Source of the DNA: Yuukianura sp. NJ FZ-2021
Taxonomy: Eukaryota
Direction: 5' to 3'
Length of the DNA: 64,000 nt
Assembly (NCBI GenBank): GCA_046563655.1
Contig: CM102285.1
Location: forward strand, 12,524,001 to 12,588,000
The notes below the pieces were generated by a model. That model was given only the letters and a program-made list of their open reading frames with translations, was not told where the DNA came from and did no database searches. Below are positions 12,877 through 27,300 of the stretch, one piece after another. Made by a program: the position numbers and the translations under genes. How positions within the stretch are numbered: position 1 is the first letter of the stretch; the number at the start of each line of letters is the position of its first letter.

Positions 12877-15365
12877 CTAACACCTGCAATCTAACTGTGT
12901 CAAGGAGTGTGAGTTTTTTTACAGTGCAAATGGCGAAAAACTGAACGTTTTTGCGAAAATCTCACCTGACCCCAACCCACACTCCACATTCTTTGAACAA
13001 TAAAAAAAACTTGATATTCGAAAACGATAATTTAAAATTTGCTTCAAACAAAAGTTTAAAACATGTAATGAAAATTAGTTGGGAGTGGGACAGGACAATC
13101 TCTGAGGCCTTCTTTTTGTTGTTGAGGCAGAATTCAATTGTGTGATAATTTCTGTGAAGTGAAGTGAAATTTTTAAATTGGCATTTTCTGGCACAATTCT
13201 GGAGTGTTCAGTTCTACATAATTTAAAATAAGTTCCATTACCTTCAGTGAACACTCCAGAATTGATTCAACACACTTTGTTTGTACTAGTTCAACTTAAT
13301 TGTAATTGTTAATCGTGATAAGATGTAAATTTGCTTGTGAAATTCCTCTCGGTAATCAAATTTACAGAGACACCTCTAAGATACAAACTCTTTTTCTCCT
13401 TTCTCTCAGTGGCGGGATACCGTAAGACTCAAAATTTTGGAGGGAATAGTTTCCGTTGCTGTTTTTTTTTCTCTTCACAAAACGAACTAAAGTAAATGTT
13501 CTCACCTTAACCTTTCAGCTTTAATTGTCTGGTATTTTGTTTAAATTACTTAAAACACTTAATTATAACGAAAAATGCCAAAAGTTGAAAGTCCGACTCT
13601 GTTTACCAAGAGAAAAATACTGGCAGAACTTGGCAATATCCCGCGAAAAGACATCTGTGCCAAATATTCTATCGCTAAGTCGACATTGAGCCTGCTGATT
13701 AAGAAGAAAGATGAACTGGAAAACTTCAAGGGGAATCCAAAGGTCAGTAGATTTTTGAATATAATTACGATTAGTTTTAAATGACCTACGAGAGTTATTG
13801 AAAATTTTTTGATTTTTGACCAATGTTCCTCGTGTTTTTTGCAGAAAAGGAAGTCTGTTGTTCAGGGTAAAGTAAAAACAATGGACGAAGTGCTTATGCG
13901 ATGGATTACTGAACAACGAGCAAATGGAATTCCGCTCTCCAAGTCACTAATTAAAGAAAAGGCTCGAATTCTGGATCCAAATGGGAACAAGAAATTTTCT
14001 AACGGTTGGTTCGAAAAATTTCAAAAAAGGAACAACCTAGCCCATAAGCGAATTTGCGGTGAGGAACTGGAAGTTGACCTAGAAAACCTGGACAACTGGA
14101 AACTAAACGTTTTAGCCCCCACAACACGAAACTACAGTGACTCCGACATTTTTAACGCTGACGAATCAGCGCTTTTTTTCAAAAAACTACCCAGCACGAC
14201 ATTTGATGTAAAAGGTGGGAAGGTCACTGGAATTAAGTTTTAACTTCTAATTTAATTTTAATTTAATGTTTTTTTTTTGAATAGGGAAAAAGTGCTTTGG
14301 CCTGAAAGCTTCAAAGGAAAGAGTGACTTTGTTAGCCTGTTGCAACAAAACCGGCGATCAGAAACAGCCACTGCTAATTATCGGAAAATCTAAAAATCCG
14401 AGGTGTTTCAAGAACACTAAATTCGCCTCAGAATTTACTTATCGTTCGTCAAAGAGGGCCTGGATGACACGGGAATTATTTTCCGAGTGGCTGGCAACGT
14501 TTAATTCAAAGATGGCAGAACAGAAAAGGAAGGTGTTGCTCATACTGGACAATTTTAGCGGACATGTGGTTGAGGAGGAACTTTTTCCAAATTTGCAACT
14601 TTTATTTTTGCCACCCAATACAACTTCAAAGAGCCAGCCACTGGATTGCGGAATTATTCAGTCCCTGAAACAAAATTATTGTTACCAAATTGTTAAAGTT
14701 TTGGATTCTGGGAAAGATCTGCATGATGTGAAACTTTCTGATGGGATAGAAATGCTTTGTCAATCGTGGAATGATGTCAAGCAAGAAACAATTGTTAATT
14801 GTTTTAGAAAAAGCGAGAAAATTGGTTAAGGCTCTAAATTACAAATCCAATCAATAAATGTGTGCACGCCTCGTCGCTTTTTGAAAATTTACGGTATCGG
14901 CGTCCTTTCACTTCCTAAAACAACCAATCACAGCGAGTTTGTATCTTAGAGGTGTTTCTGTACATATTATCACGATTAACAATTACTTATTCGGATTTAA
15001 CTTTGAAATTGAAATGTGAGAAAGTGATTTCCTTTGTTCCTTTGTTGTGTAGGTTGAGGAAAAGTGGATTTGAAATTTACATGAATCCCGCTCATTACAA
15101 GCAAATCAACTTTTTCTCAAACTCCATAGGAAAGGAACAATGCAAGTCACTTCTCACACTATCAACACCTTAAGTTTAACAATTTAACTTTAATAATTTT
15201 AACTCATGTATTTGTTCTATTAATTTGCCTTGTTTTTATTATTGTTCAAAGAATGTGGAGTGTGGGTTGGGGTCAGGTGAGATTTTCGCAAAAACGTTCA
15301 GTTTTTCGCCATTTGCACTGTAAAAAAACTCACACTCCTTGACACAGTTAGATTGCAGGTGTTAG
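12877..15365 (+). mobile_element. Tigger/pogo-type DNA transposon with 134-bp TIRs and TA target duplication
   Basis: 12877-13010 and 15232-15365 are reverse complements: the outer 127 bp match perfectly, with one mismatch in 134. TA at 12875-76 and 15366-67. The element encloses a transposase gene. Confidence 0.9.
13575..14829 (+). CDS. Tigger/CENP-B-like (pogo superfamily) transposase, 3 exons (13575-13742, 13845-14214, 14285-14829), ~360 aa
   Basis: GT-AG introns of 102 and 70 nt join three ORFs in frame. HTH_psq-like N-terminus; CENP-B HTH (LMRWITEQRANGIPLSKSLIKEKA...FSNGWFEKFQKR); junction reads KGKKCFGLKASKERVTLL; catalytic motifs FNADES, LDNFSGH and QPLDCGII (DD31D). Confidence 0.9.
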
Positions 15366-18300
15366 TACGTAAGATTTTTGCTGTTGAGGCTTTTGGAGTG
15401 ACGGTGACGGTGTATAAAATTGGATCAGTTTTTTACAACATTTTTGTTTGTGCACGGAAACTTACATCAAGGTTTGAATAGCTTCTAAAAGCATGCAACA
15501 TGTTTTTTTTCCTGTGATAGCTTTGTTGCTTTGATTCTGAGTGACTATAAATTTGTCCTTGGAGTGTTGGAAGTTATTACTTTTGGAGTTTGAAGCTCTT
15601 ACATGGTTGATTTCGTGTTTTAAGAGTGCCTATTTGCCTACCTCCCCTATCACAAATATATGCTTAGCAAACGGAGATCTCCTCGTCTGGAGTTGCAGTT
15701 GATTCTAAGATATCCAAGGTGCAAAAACAATTGAAGCGTCCTGGGACCAAGGACGCAATACGTAACAACTTTTACAATGACAATGAAACTCGTCTTTCGA
15801 AGTTCCACAACTGCACACGACACTACTATTGTGTCTGCACTTGTTCACTTCACCGCGTTAAATACGCCAGTTTTGAAGTTTTGGTGATAGTGTGTGAATG
15901 TGAATGCACCCAAAGATTTCAGTTCAAATTCAAAGTCACAACAATTTTTAAATAGTTTTTGCTACCTCCAGAATTTGCTGTTGAAATTTTTAGTTAGCGC
16001 AGGAAATCGAGAGGAGTGTTAGTACTCTATGCTGGTTTGGAACGTTTTGACTTTTTTTTAGTGCAATTGTTCGCCAAACGTATTTTCACCTGAATGATTC
16101 TTTGCGTTCATGAAAACATAGAAAAAAAATTTGGTTGAAAAATTATAGTGCAGAAAAAGGTAAGATTTGCCACTGGTTTTGTGTTTTTGGATTTGTTTAA
16201 AATTTTGAATTGTGATTAACAGCAGGTCATATTTAGGTTTGCACATGTTTTAAGAATTGGGTGAAGATTTTATGACACTCTGTACTTATGCTTTCGTCTT
16301 TTGTTTAGCAATTTTTATTATAAAAACTGATATTTGTAGGAGGTTTTTGTGAATAAGTGAGAAATTCCGTTCGATTTTAGATGAAAAAAGCATAACGTCG
16401 TAAATCCTATTTTACGATGATATTAGAAAATATTCATCCGCCCATTCCTCTTAAACCACCACATTGTTTCCATTATATTGCATGTAATATTGTTACGAGA
16501 CACAGTGTCTCAAGAGGTTTCGGATTTTTTAGGGGAACAAAAGGAAGGGTTGTGTAGAGTAAGTGGTGATTTTGATCATAATTTATTGGAAATTACTTCT
16601 TCCTTCATTTCCCTTCTCCTTCAACCCAAAACTTTTCCAACTGAATTTATGAAGGGAATATTTCAAGTCGAGTACTGGCAGTACTTGCAAAGGAAAGGAG
16701 AGTTTCTTACTATATTTCTACCTAATCTGAACAATGTTCAAGTGGAAATGTGTTTCTGTGAAGTAAGAGTGGAGGTCAGTTGTTGAAAGGTTTAAGATTC
16801 TTCTGGACGAAGATCCCAGAAACGATAAGACTCCAAAAACCACTTTCTTCCGTCATGTCCAGTCCGCACTTTCGTAACTTTCTTTGGTTGAGAACAGTTA
16901 TCAACTTAAAGTTTTCTCAAGGAGAAAGTAGGATAGTAACTGTAAACATTTGGAACGTAAGGAATGAAAGTAATAATAAATTTAAAATTTAGCAAACTTG
17001 GAGAATTTTGGGAGCTAATTTTATGAACTCATTTCTCGAACAAGAAGCTCTGCAGTTGACTTTATGTGTTTAACCTACTTGTGTCATTTTTTTATTTTCG
17101 AAAAATAGACTTTCACTGGAGAAAGCTGGAATTTGGAAATGCTTAAAGATGACAATCAGCAATTTGCTGAGTTTTGTATTTGCTTGTTTTTGTGAAAGTG
17201 GGGAATGTTTTCGTTTGCCATTTGCGAAATTGTGAAAACTAGAGTTCTAGAATTGGGTAGGATTCTAATTAGTTGTGGAGGGAATTGTTCCTTTGGGAGC
17301 TGTTACACTCTTGCCCTACAGTCCAAATGGTTTTAGAGTTACTTCGGAATCGGGTACTTGTGCACTAGTTTTAGGCAGTTGAGTGCTTGAAGTTGTCGTT
17401 TGTTTTTGTAAACTCGTTCGGAAGCTGTTCAAAAGCTTTTGTGCAGCGTTTTAAACAGACTGATTTGATTGGTTTTCAGTTTTAGTGGTTCTGTTATACA
17501 AATCTAACACGCTTTCCGTTTTCTAGTAATTTGTAGGCAGATTGTTTGTATTTTTTAATTCAAGTTTGGAGAAAGTGAATTTTGTTTTTGTTATGTTGAA
17601 AATGGACGAAGAAGTTGCGTGAATAACTTTTGTTCGTGTTGCTTTTGTGTGTGTTGTTGGTTTCAGTTTCTGAAATGAAGTAAGAAGTGGAACGTTATTT
17701 GCTTAAGTGGCAACTCATTTATCATCATCAAGTGTGAGGTATTTTGAGTGTCTCGAACTTCAGCACGCACGTCGGAAAGTGGAAATGAAATTTTGAGATT
17801 TCAAATTTTGAGGTTTGCTTTCTCCAGTTTTTGGGGAGAAAAAGAGCTTTTTATTTCTGGAAAAAGAGGTTTAAGGTTGGAGAAAGTGGGTGAAAGTTGC
17901 TTAGGAATTAAGCTACGGTGCGAAATTTTGAAAACTTTTGCATTTGGCGTAAAGCGTGTTGGGTGGTTTTACGTGTTCCATATTGTTAGCAGTCGTTTGA
18001 TGATGGGTTTAGAGATCTCAGATATTCCACGTGTACTAAACAGTTTTTGATTCCTAAGCTGCTTAAATGATGGAAGTTGGGAGATAGTAATCCAATAATA
18101 AAAGAAGGAAGTTTTAAACTCAGCAGCATCCCGTATTGAGCTGGAGGAAGAAGATGTTTATAATCTATGGAAATCGTTGGTGAAAATAGGCATTTTCAAT
18201 CCCATTGTGTTCGGCTTTCCCTTTCCTGCCTTGGTCTGTTCAATGTTCGACGGTTTGGATGGCATTCTTAGGGTTATGGCTATTGTTATTGGCCCATTGT

Positions 18301-21255
18301 CAAAGATCCAGTTTTTGGCGTGGTTATGAGCCAGACGAAATTTCCTTTACTTCGCGTTTCACTATTTTTACTCAAGAAAAAGTTGCGTGCTGGCGTCAGG
18401 GTATGCAATGAAGCTTCAGATTTCATTATAAATGATTTGAAACGGGATAGGAAGCTGCAGGGGAAATGAAAAAGTTGAAGGTTTTTTGGTTTTTGGAGCG
18501 GTGCATGTTGCAGTTTGAACGGGAGAGCGGATTACTGTTTCGGGAGACAAAATTCAATTTGCTAAAGTCATGTTAAAGTTTTTATGGCGAGGGGTTTTAT
18601 GGTGGCTGAAATGGGTTCCGACTGAACAATGTTTACCGATCTACTTCTTCACTTTCACCGTAGAGCACTTTATCTTAGGCTGAAGAAGATGCTGAGAAGG
18701 CTTTGCATCTGGAATGGAGTGTACAGTGTAATAGCGACGTAATTTATCAACGTAAATTGCGCCGCTGGGCTGCTCAGAATGAATCCGAAAAGTCTCCAAG
18801 TTGTGGGAAAATGGCAAAAGTTAGAATTTTTGAAATTGAGACGAATTAGCAATGAGTACCGTGACCTTGGGTTTGAAATTTGAATTGACAGAAACGTACT
18901 CGTGGTTTAAGAAAAATTTAAGGAAATGGAGGGAGTAACTATGCTGTAAGCAGAGAGTAGCTGAATAATCATTTATTGTGTGCGTATGTTAAGTATTTGA
19001 AGAGTAAAGATTCGGCTGAGTTGTTTCAAAAACTTGTTTTTGAAAGAGGCATTGTTATTTGTGAATGTTTCATTTTCACGTCTTTGGAGCTGCAGGCTTT
19101 TGTTAAAGTTTGAATAGAGGGAGATTATGGTCTATTGTTATCCGCAACACCTTCCAGAGTCTTGTTCTGCGTAAGTTTGTCCATGGACTTTTCGTGCTTC
19201 TAGAAACTTTAGTCTGATTGAAACTTGGCTCCAAGGTGGCAAAACAAAAGGACTTTGGAAACTGTGTTAAATACTTTCCTTCACGTCACGCATTAATTGG
19301 AATTCACAGGAAACTCGTGACTGTTTCAAATCAAATGGAGCCGATCCCTTGACTTTTCAGGAAAGTTAGAGAAAGTGAAAACATTTCTGGAGAGGAAAAA
19401 GTAGAAAATAAAGTGCACTACAACTCTATAACTCTTGGTCTACTGCTCTTCTGGAATTCGAAACGCTAGAAAAGACTTTTTTGGCTTTTGTACAAAGATT
19501 TTTGGGTCTTCAATGGTACAATTTTATTATTCTTTTTCTCGTTTTTTTTTTTTGGAAATAGTTATACTGTTGTAACTTAGGAGAGAGCAAATGGCTTCTG
19601 GATTTGGAAGAAACTAAAACTTTCGTATACACTTTTTACTTTTGCTATTCTTTTTTCGGTTTTTTCCATTTTTGTTGAAAAGTTTTTTGGTGGATACCTG
19701 GAAAAGTGAAAGTGGAAAGTTTGCTAAGTAGTTGAGGATTTGTATGGTACGGGGTTAACCAATAGAAAGAATTGAGAAGAAAGATTACTCCAAAGTGCTT
19801 CGGCTACAAATCATCCAAGTTAAGTTTTGATCGAGTTTTTATATTAAGATTTTAACAAAGCACGAATGAAAACTGTCAACGCAGGAATTGAAGTTTTCAG
19901 TTTTTTCTTTCAATTTTTATAAATTTTGTAGAGTTTTCTCCAATTTTTTTTTGAATTTTCTGCTTTTCCCTATATCTTGCCCATTCCGTTTTCAATTTTC
20001 GCAACTTCTTCTCTTCGTGTTTGTTTTTTGGAATTTTGTTATTTGCTGATTCTGAATTCTGGTCAGTCTTCTGCTCTTGGCTTCTTTAAAAAAGTTTTCT
20101 GAAACAGAAAAATTTTGAATTTTGGCAATTTTGGAGTGAAATAATAATAATTTGAACTTTTTCGTTTCTATCTCCTGTCGGTGGTTGAAATTGGGTCAAT
20201 TTTGCTATTCGAAAACATTGGAGGTATGTGGAAGAAGTGGTACTACTAGTTGTATATGTTGATTAGGCAGGAGCATTCCTTCCAGGTTTTCCTCAATTTT
20301 ACTTTTCTGGGATTCGTGTCAGGTTTTGCTGGAAATTGAACAGGGCCCAGAGCCACCAGGAAAGCGGAAGACTATAAGGTTACTCCAGAATTCTCAACAG
20401 GGAAAATTGGCCTAATTTTTTGAATAGTCGTATCAACCCGACTGACTTCTTCTCCTTTTCCCTTGAAATTCACCGGAGGGAGGGCTCTCAGTCATGCATT
20501 TTCTCGTACTATAAGGCAAGAGCCCTTCTTTATAGCTGACTGACCCTTGAACGTGAGAATACTGCTTGAGTTAAGTTGCGGAAGGGCATAAAAGGCTCCA
20601 TTTGAACTGAAAGTGAGGCTGTTCTGTTACTCCTTCGTTACATGATCTCTGGATCTTTTGAGGATGTGGCTGAATAGGAATGAACGTGATGGAAAGATTC
20701 ATTTCTGTGGTCTTATGAGATGTTTGACGAGAAGATTAGGCATTTGATGCCTAAGTGCTTCCAGAATTCTCAAGTTCCTATTACGTTTGATATAACTTTC
20801 ACCTTAGGAGTCAAAAGCATCACCACTTTGAGGTTCCCTTTGTGTTTTTGGAGAAGGATTGAAAAGCACACGGAGATTTCCGTTTGTTCTGAATTTGGAA
20901 TTGGGGTCGGAGGAGTATGGAATTGTGTGATGTGTGATGTTATGTTGTGTTACGAGTGGAAGGAATTGGGATTTGGGATTTCCAGTGGGAGAGAAAGTGG
21001 TTGTAGAGATCGTCTGGGACGGGTGCATAATATCGTCGTAAATCTTTCCACGAACGAGATCCTGTGATATCCTAGGGTTTGGTTGGTTATAGTGGAGGAT
21101 CAAGTGACATAAGATGCAGTGAGAGCTTTCACTGACTCTCACTTTTTGGTAACCTAGTTTGAGTTTTTACCCCTAGTTTTTGGATGAAATTGGATTTTCT
21201 TTGTTAGTTTTTAATTTGGAAAGGTAATAATGTTTACCTTGGTTTTAATTTGCAG

Positions 21256-21313
21256 GTTTCTGTGTGGCGCTTTTGGAGAAAGCGGGGTGATTGCGCAGTG
21301 AAAATCAGCAAAG
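21256..21313 (+). other. Candidate 58-nt non-coding exon, possibly a 5' UTR exon of the tartan/caps-like gene
   Basis: Strong acceptor (ttttaatttgcag|) and strong donor (aag|gtaaga) flank a short, relatively GC-rich segment on the same strand as the LRR gene. Confidence 0.4.
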
Positions 21314-24300
21314 GTAAGAGAGTCAATTTTGAAATTAATTTTTTCTGTCACTTTGTGTGATTTCATGTCAATTGGAAAATTTTATGGGAATGCAATGCCT
21401 GGAATGCTTCGGAAATTAGTTTTCGGTCTTGTTGAGTGTTGAGTTTTTGGGAAGATTTTTGTTAAGCTGCTTCGAATTATTTAATTTTTATGAAAGAATA
21501 GTGAAAAACATGTAAATTAGATATGGCGAAAGCTGAAATAATTGCAGTAATACAAAGACGGAAACAGGAGATCAGATATCATAGTGAGCGTAGGACCTGT
21601 TTTCAGCCATTTTCGAAGAGACAAAGCAGGCAAGCGTGAAAATAAAAGCGGAAGGTGTGAAACTTTTTTTTTCCGTCGTGGAGTGTCATACTTTCTCCAT
21701 TTCGTTCTGAGGTAGAATTGGAAAAATCTCTCTTTCATATTCATTTTAACTAGGAGAAAGTAGAACTTTCAATGTTGTTTGTAAGTTCCTTATGCGAATG
21801 GGCCGTTTTCAATTTGGCATAAGGTATGACCTCTTTAGATTTTCAGTTTCTAAAAATAAAAAAGAGATTTAGACATTTGAATTGAATTTTTAGAAATCAG
21901 TGTTAAGGGAGAATTGAATAGATAAAATGGAATTGAAATCTAATAAGTTGAAAGTGAGATTTAGTTGGTGGAAAAAGTTGGGAAAATGGGCAATTGGAAT
22001 AGGATGGTGTAAGTGAGGAATTGTCAGTTTAAAGAGGATTTACAGCACAATTCTAGCCCTTCTCTTCCTAAGATTCAATTGAAATTGGAATTGAACGCGT
22101 ATGCCAAAGAATGTTATGAATGAAAGGACATGCGTTCAAGTACTCTCCATTACGTTGATCACATTTAACTACGCTTTAAATTGAATAAGGAAACTCAATT
22201 ACTCTTTTATCCCATTGTCTGTCCAATTTTCAGAAAATTACTTTTCTGGAAAATCCACGTCTTTTTCCTGTTTTGACGAATTTCAAATATTTTTCAAATA
22301 AAAATTCAAATTCCAAGTAATTTCTTTTTGAATTGTTACGATAATCGCAGTTAGTGAGAAGCAATGATAATTCTGGTGAAAATGAAGAGAAAAGAGAAAG
22401 TTTGAGTTGTTTTGTTTGGAAAACAGAAGTGTTTTTTTTTCTTAGATTTTTTTAGTGGAGGAAGGTGTTTTCTCTCCGTGAGGAGAAAGTGTAAAACGAC
22501 GTAAGATTTGGGTTGTTTGGTGGGAGATTACAAGGAAATAAAAAGAAATCCTATGGTAGGTGTAGGTTCTTTGGAACGAAAGTCTTGTTTCTTTTTCAGT
22601 TTCAGCAGTGTAAGACTGAACAGGCTGAATTCGTAATGAGACAAAGGATTTTGAACGAAACTCCTGTTGTTTAGAAAAGCTTGGGTGTCTTGAAGGAGAA
22701 AGTTCATTTTGAAGATGAACCCCTGCGGCAGAGCTTTTCGCTCGTCGTGGTGGGATTTAATTTACTACGTTTCTCTAAAACCTTACCCTCTTACAGACAC
22801 TTGCAGTGTGACACTTGATTAAATCTCTTGGGTTTTTAAGCTATTACTCTTCCCCTGGATCACAGCAATCCAATGGGGAAAACAAACATTTTCATTTAGA
22901 AAGTGAGGAACAGGTTTTGGAGAAAGAGAAATGAGGTTTTAAGGAGAAGTGAAAGTAAGAAGTGTTGATTTAAAAAAAGTTAAGAAAAGTGTGGATTAAA
23001 AAAACCTAAGAAAAGTGAGCCTTGTGTTTGCTGAGGTCACGGAAACTTGATTCTTGTGTGAACACATTGGGGAGGGTTAAGCTTCAAATTTTGAGTGACA
23101 GGAGGCTGAATTTTCACGTAGGGCCCATGTCAAAAGCGTCAGATGTTGATGATGGGTGCGCACTGCTAGTCTCAGCTTGTGACGAAGAATTGAAATTAAG
23201 GGTATTGAATTTTAGGGAGCCCTTGGCCCTTGTGAAGAGTTCGTTTCAAATTTTTTCCCCTCAAGGGACCCCGTATGTGCTGTCTGAAGTGGAAGCAAGT
23301 TAGTAGTGGAGTTGAATAAAAATGATTTCTGGGATCCTGAGGGTAGATTTGGTAAAAATGGTAATGGTGGGTAGTTTCCAGTGGTTCTGTAGCTTTACCC
23401 CCTGCGGAATGTAATGAGCTTCAACTCGGAAGATGGACAGAGTACTAAAACCCTGACCAATTATTTACTAAAGTGGAATTGGGGGAAGTTCTGGAAGGTT
23501 TTTTGGGAAATTTGATGTCCTAATTCCAGCAGAAGTTGCTTTTACTTACACCATTCCCCCTCCAGGAAGAAAGTACTTGAGCTATTAACAAATTTTAACG
23601 TTGAAAAGAGACTGGGGGAATCACAATTTGGGAAAGAATATTAATTGAGCTGATGCGGGTTTTGGCCAGCAGCGTAGCATTTTGTGGAGGTTGAGGACAT
23701 GAGGGACCCCTGGAATTGGATTTATTTAGACGAAGTGAGAAGGGATGTCGTTTTTCCATCCATCTTAGTCACTCGACCTCTTCGGTTCATTTCACTTTTG
23801 GAGAAGAGACGAGCTTCATTTTCATTCAGAGAGATCCTATGGATCTCTGAAACTTGCGTGAGAAGTGTCTTCAATTCCCCCTCCTGGAAACACTTGCATT
23901 TCCTTAGGAAATGTGCAGGGAACGAAGCTTTTAGATGGTTGTTCTCCCTCAGACTGAGTTTTCTTTTCCCTTGCCCCCTCCATGACCTCAAATGAGACAG
24001 AAGAGAAATGGACAGGGAGATCGAAGATCAGGAGGAACAAGAGTTATGTTTCCGCTAGCTTCAAAACATGTGTCCCTGACATGCCTAAGTATTTTCAACT
24101 TAAGTCTCATCATTAGAACGCTCAATCTTAGAAAAACTTAAGCGTAGGGTGTAAATTGATTAGTTAAAAAATTGTTAGGTTATTTTTAGAAGTAGAGTTG
24201 GATTTTAGCGATTTCGAAATTCGAGATTCAAGGAGACTTCCTTAACTTTAGGTTTTTACGGTTTTTGGACGACAAATTTTTGAATTTTCTCTAGATGGGT

Positions 24301-27300
24301 TTGAACTTATTTGGAGTTGAGGATTTCGTAGGATTTTCGTGGAAAATGAAAAAAAGAGAAAGTGTTGGATGTTTTTTGTGTAAATTTGCGTGGACGTATG
24401 TTTGGATGTAGCGTTTATTTTATTTACCAAGGAAAAGAGTTTTATGGCCACTTGGCTTTTAGACACTCTTTTCCCATTTTCCGCTTTCCGCTACAGCGGA
24501 TTTTCCTCCCTTTACAAATTGAGTTCGACGCTTCAAGGAAAGTGGACTTCTAAAATCAAAAGCGTAGGAGGGAAGTACTTTTCTCTGAGACGGCCACTTC
24601 CGTTGGTGTCCAAAACTACTTTTTCTATTTAGACTTCCCTCCGAATTCTCGGTTTTCTTGTTTTATTTTCCTTTTTCCATTGACGTGACCTGCATAAAAA
24701 TTAAAACGTGTGTGCGGGAGCTGCGGATATGAGGGTAGTGAAGGGGAATGACTACCCGAGACACTGAAACTGACACTGACAAGAATCTGACTTCTGGGCT
24801 TCTGAACACGCTTCTTAGTTGGTAAACAGTGTGAGAACGGCAGAGATAAAAATCAAAGTCTCATTTTCATTTTTTAGATCACATTTCTTCTCTAGTGAAG
24901 CTTTTCTTTTTAGAAACTTTGATGTTACAATTTTTTTTTACAATATTTTTGAAAATTCCATTTCTGAAAAGCTTAAATTGTTAAATATGGAATACTTTTT
25001 TAGCAAAAAGTGAGCAGCTGAGCATCAATTCGCACATTTTGGTAGATTATTCAATGTTTTTGGAATTTAGACTGAAAGCTGGAAAGAAAGTGGAAATGAT
25101 TGATGTTCCCGTGCATAAAGAGACCATAAACTCACCATTTGAATAGTTTTCTTCATTTGAAAAAATGTTACCAGCAGCAGTACTACTGTGAAGGTTTCTG
25201 TAAATTATTTCGCAGCCCATAAAATTGTTACTTGGAAATGAGAAAAATTTCACCATTATTTTTCGTTTTTTTTTCTTTCGCAATTTCTTCTTTGGCTTTT
25301 CTTCTCCTTTCTCCGTCGTATGTAGCGTGTAGCAGAGTGGGATTGTGTTTATGTGATTCTAAAAATAATGTGAAATGGACAGTGATAAAATGTGGAAATA
25401 AAGGAGAGATGAAACCAGTGGGAAATGGAGCGATTTGAAGTGGAGAAAAGAAGAGAAAGTACACTTAAATTTTGTGTAACTTTTGAAAATAAAAAGTGTG
25501 GAAGGCCAACTGCTCTCTCAACGAAGTTAAAAATATGGAATTCTTTTGTTTATAAATTTCAGAGAATTCTTTTAATTCTCTTCATCTGCGGATGGTTAAA
25601 CTGCTTTTGGTAATTTTTTCTCGGTTGGAATACTCTACCAAATGCTGTGTACAGAAGGGAAGTTGCGGAGGTTACGGAAAATAAGTGAAAGTGGTAGGGT
25701 TAAAGCGATGAATTTTAGGGAAAATTAGGTTTACATTGACGATGGCTAAGATATGAATGGGAACTCATCTGTCTTTTATCTGTCTCATCTGTTTTTTAGT
25801 TCGAGAAAGTGGTGAAATTTGGAAATCTGTGCACTTCCACATGCAAAAAATTTCTTCTTGTGTGTTTTAGTCATTTTTTCGATGAGTTTTGGTGTTATGT
25901 CGATGACATTTCCAGAAAATTATTTTATTCAATCGCGAAAGACGACTGTTTAACAGTTGTTATTCATAAAACGCCGTCACGAATTAACTTTGTCGAAGGA
26001 AAACTATGAGATTGACATTTATAGCAATAAATAATAAATAACTAATTAATATAAATAATAACTAATATTCAATCTCAGTGATCGACCAATTATCCCCGAA
26101 AAAACTGTTTTGATAAGTTGGCGATGAGTATTGGTGAAACTTCCTTTTCAGAAAATGGCGTCTGTGCGTGTCATTTGGAGATTTCTGGGTTTACTCTCAT
26201 CAATTAACACACCGAAACCAATCAACTTTCGATTATGGCTTATGACTATGAAGTGAAATACTAAGTGTGATTTTGGATGTTGTAGTTTAGGAGAGAAAGC
26301 AAAAGTGATGGACCAGAGGTGACTGCAGGAAGTAGCTAAATGTTAGGTTACTTTTTTGTTAGAAACGTAAAAGAATACAAATTGAAAGTGAAAGGTAGAA
26401 GAGGGTGGTGGCATGAGCCTAATTAAATGAAAGTGGGAAAGTGCGGGGAAAGCTGTTGTTGAAATTTGCACTGCCATTGTTTTACGATCCGAAAGAGAAA
26501 AGTGAAAGTCCGGAAGGTAAGTTCTGTTTTTAGATAACTTCAAAGTGCAGTTCTATCGTCCAGAAATAATTCCATTTTACTTTAGTTGTAAATTTAATTA
26601 GAAGTACAAGTACTCTTGCAGTTCTTCTGAGGACTTGAAATTGAGGCCACAGTTACTTTTGCGCTATGTCGATTCAAAACTTTCTTCGCTTTTTGGGTTT
26701 TCTCGTAGTAGTTTGAAGAACGAGCTAACTGCGATGGGTATCGAGAAAGTTAGGAATCAAAAGACTAGGAAGAGTAGAATTTGACGTTAGAGGAAAAGCT
26801 GAAGATTTTGGCTAACAATTCTTTTACTACTTTTTCATTAAAAGGAGAATGAAATGTTTGAGTTTCCTTTGTCTGTTTCACGGTTGAGCAGATGGAGTTT
26901 TTTTTTTACTTTTCTTGTGACTTTGGCTTTTCCGAGGAGCATCGGTCGTAATTAAAGAAGATGCCAATCTTGTTAGTATTGATGCCAGAAGAGGCAATCA
27001 ACGAAGCATTGGGTTTTTGAAACTTCAAAATGTAATAGAAACTTTACGATGTTTCCAAGCAGCCGTCGACTCACAGAAAACTCGATGTGGAGGAATAGAA
27101 AATTTTAAAGTTTAAAGAATAAGTAGTTAGTTATACTATGTAAGTTATGAAATTAAGGCATTGAATTTTTCAGTGAAAGTCGGGCGTGCGTGAATCTTTT
27201 AACGAATTTTTCAATGAAAATGTCGGACGAGCATGCATCTTTTAACGAATTTTTGCCTTTACGTTGTTACATAACGATGTATCTCTATTGGCTCCAAGTT

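Noticed and set aside
18679..18850. Possible exon (ttag|GCT GAA GAA GAT..., AEEDAEKALHLEW...)
   Set aside because: No recognisable homology, no clear donor and no partner exons.
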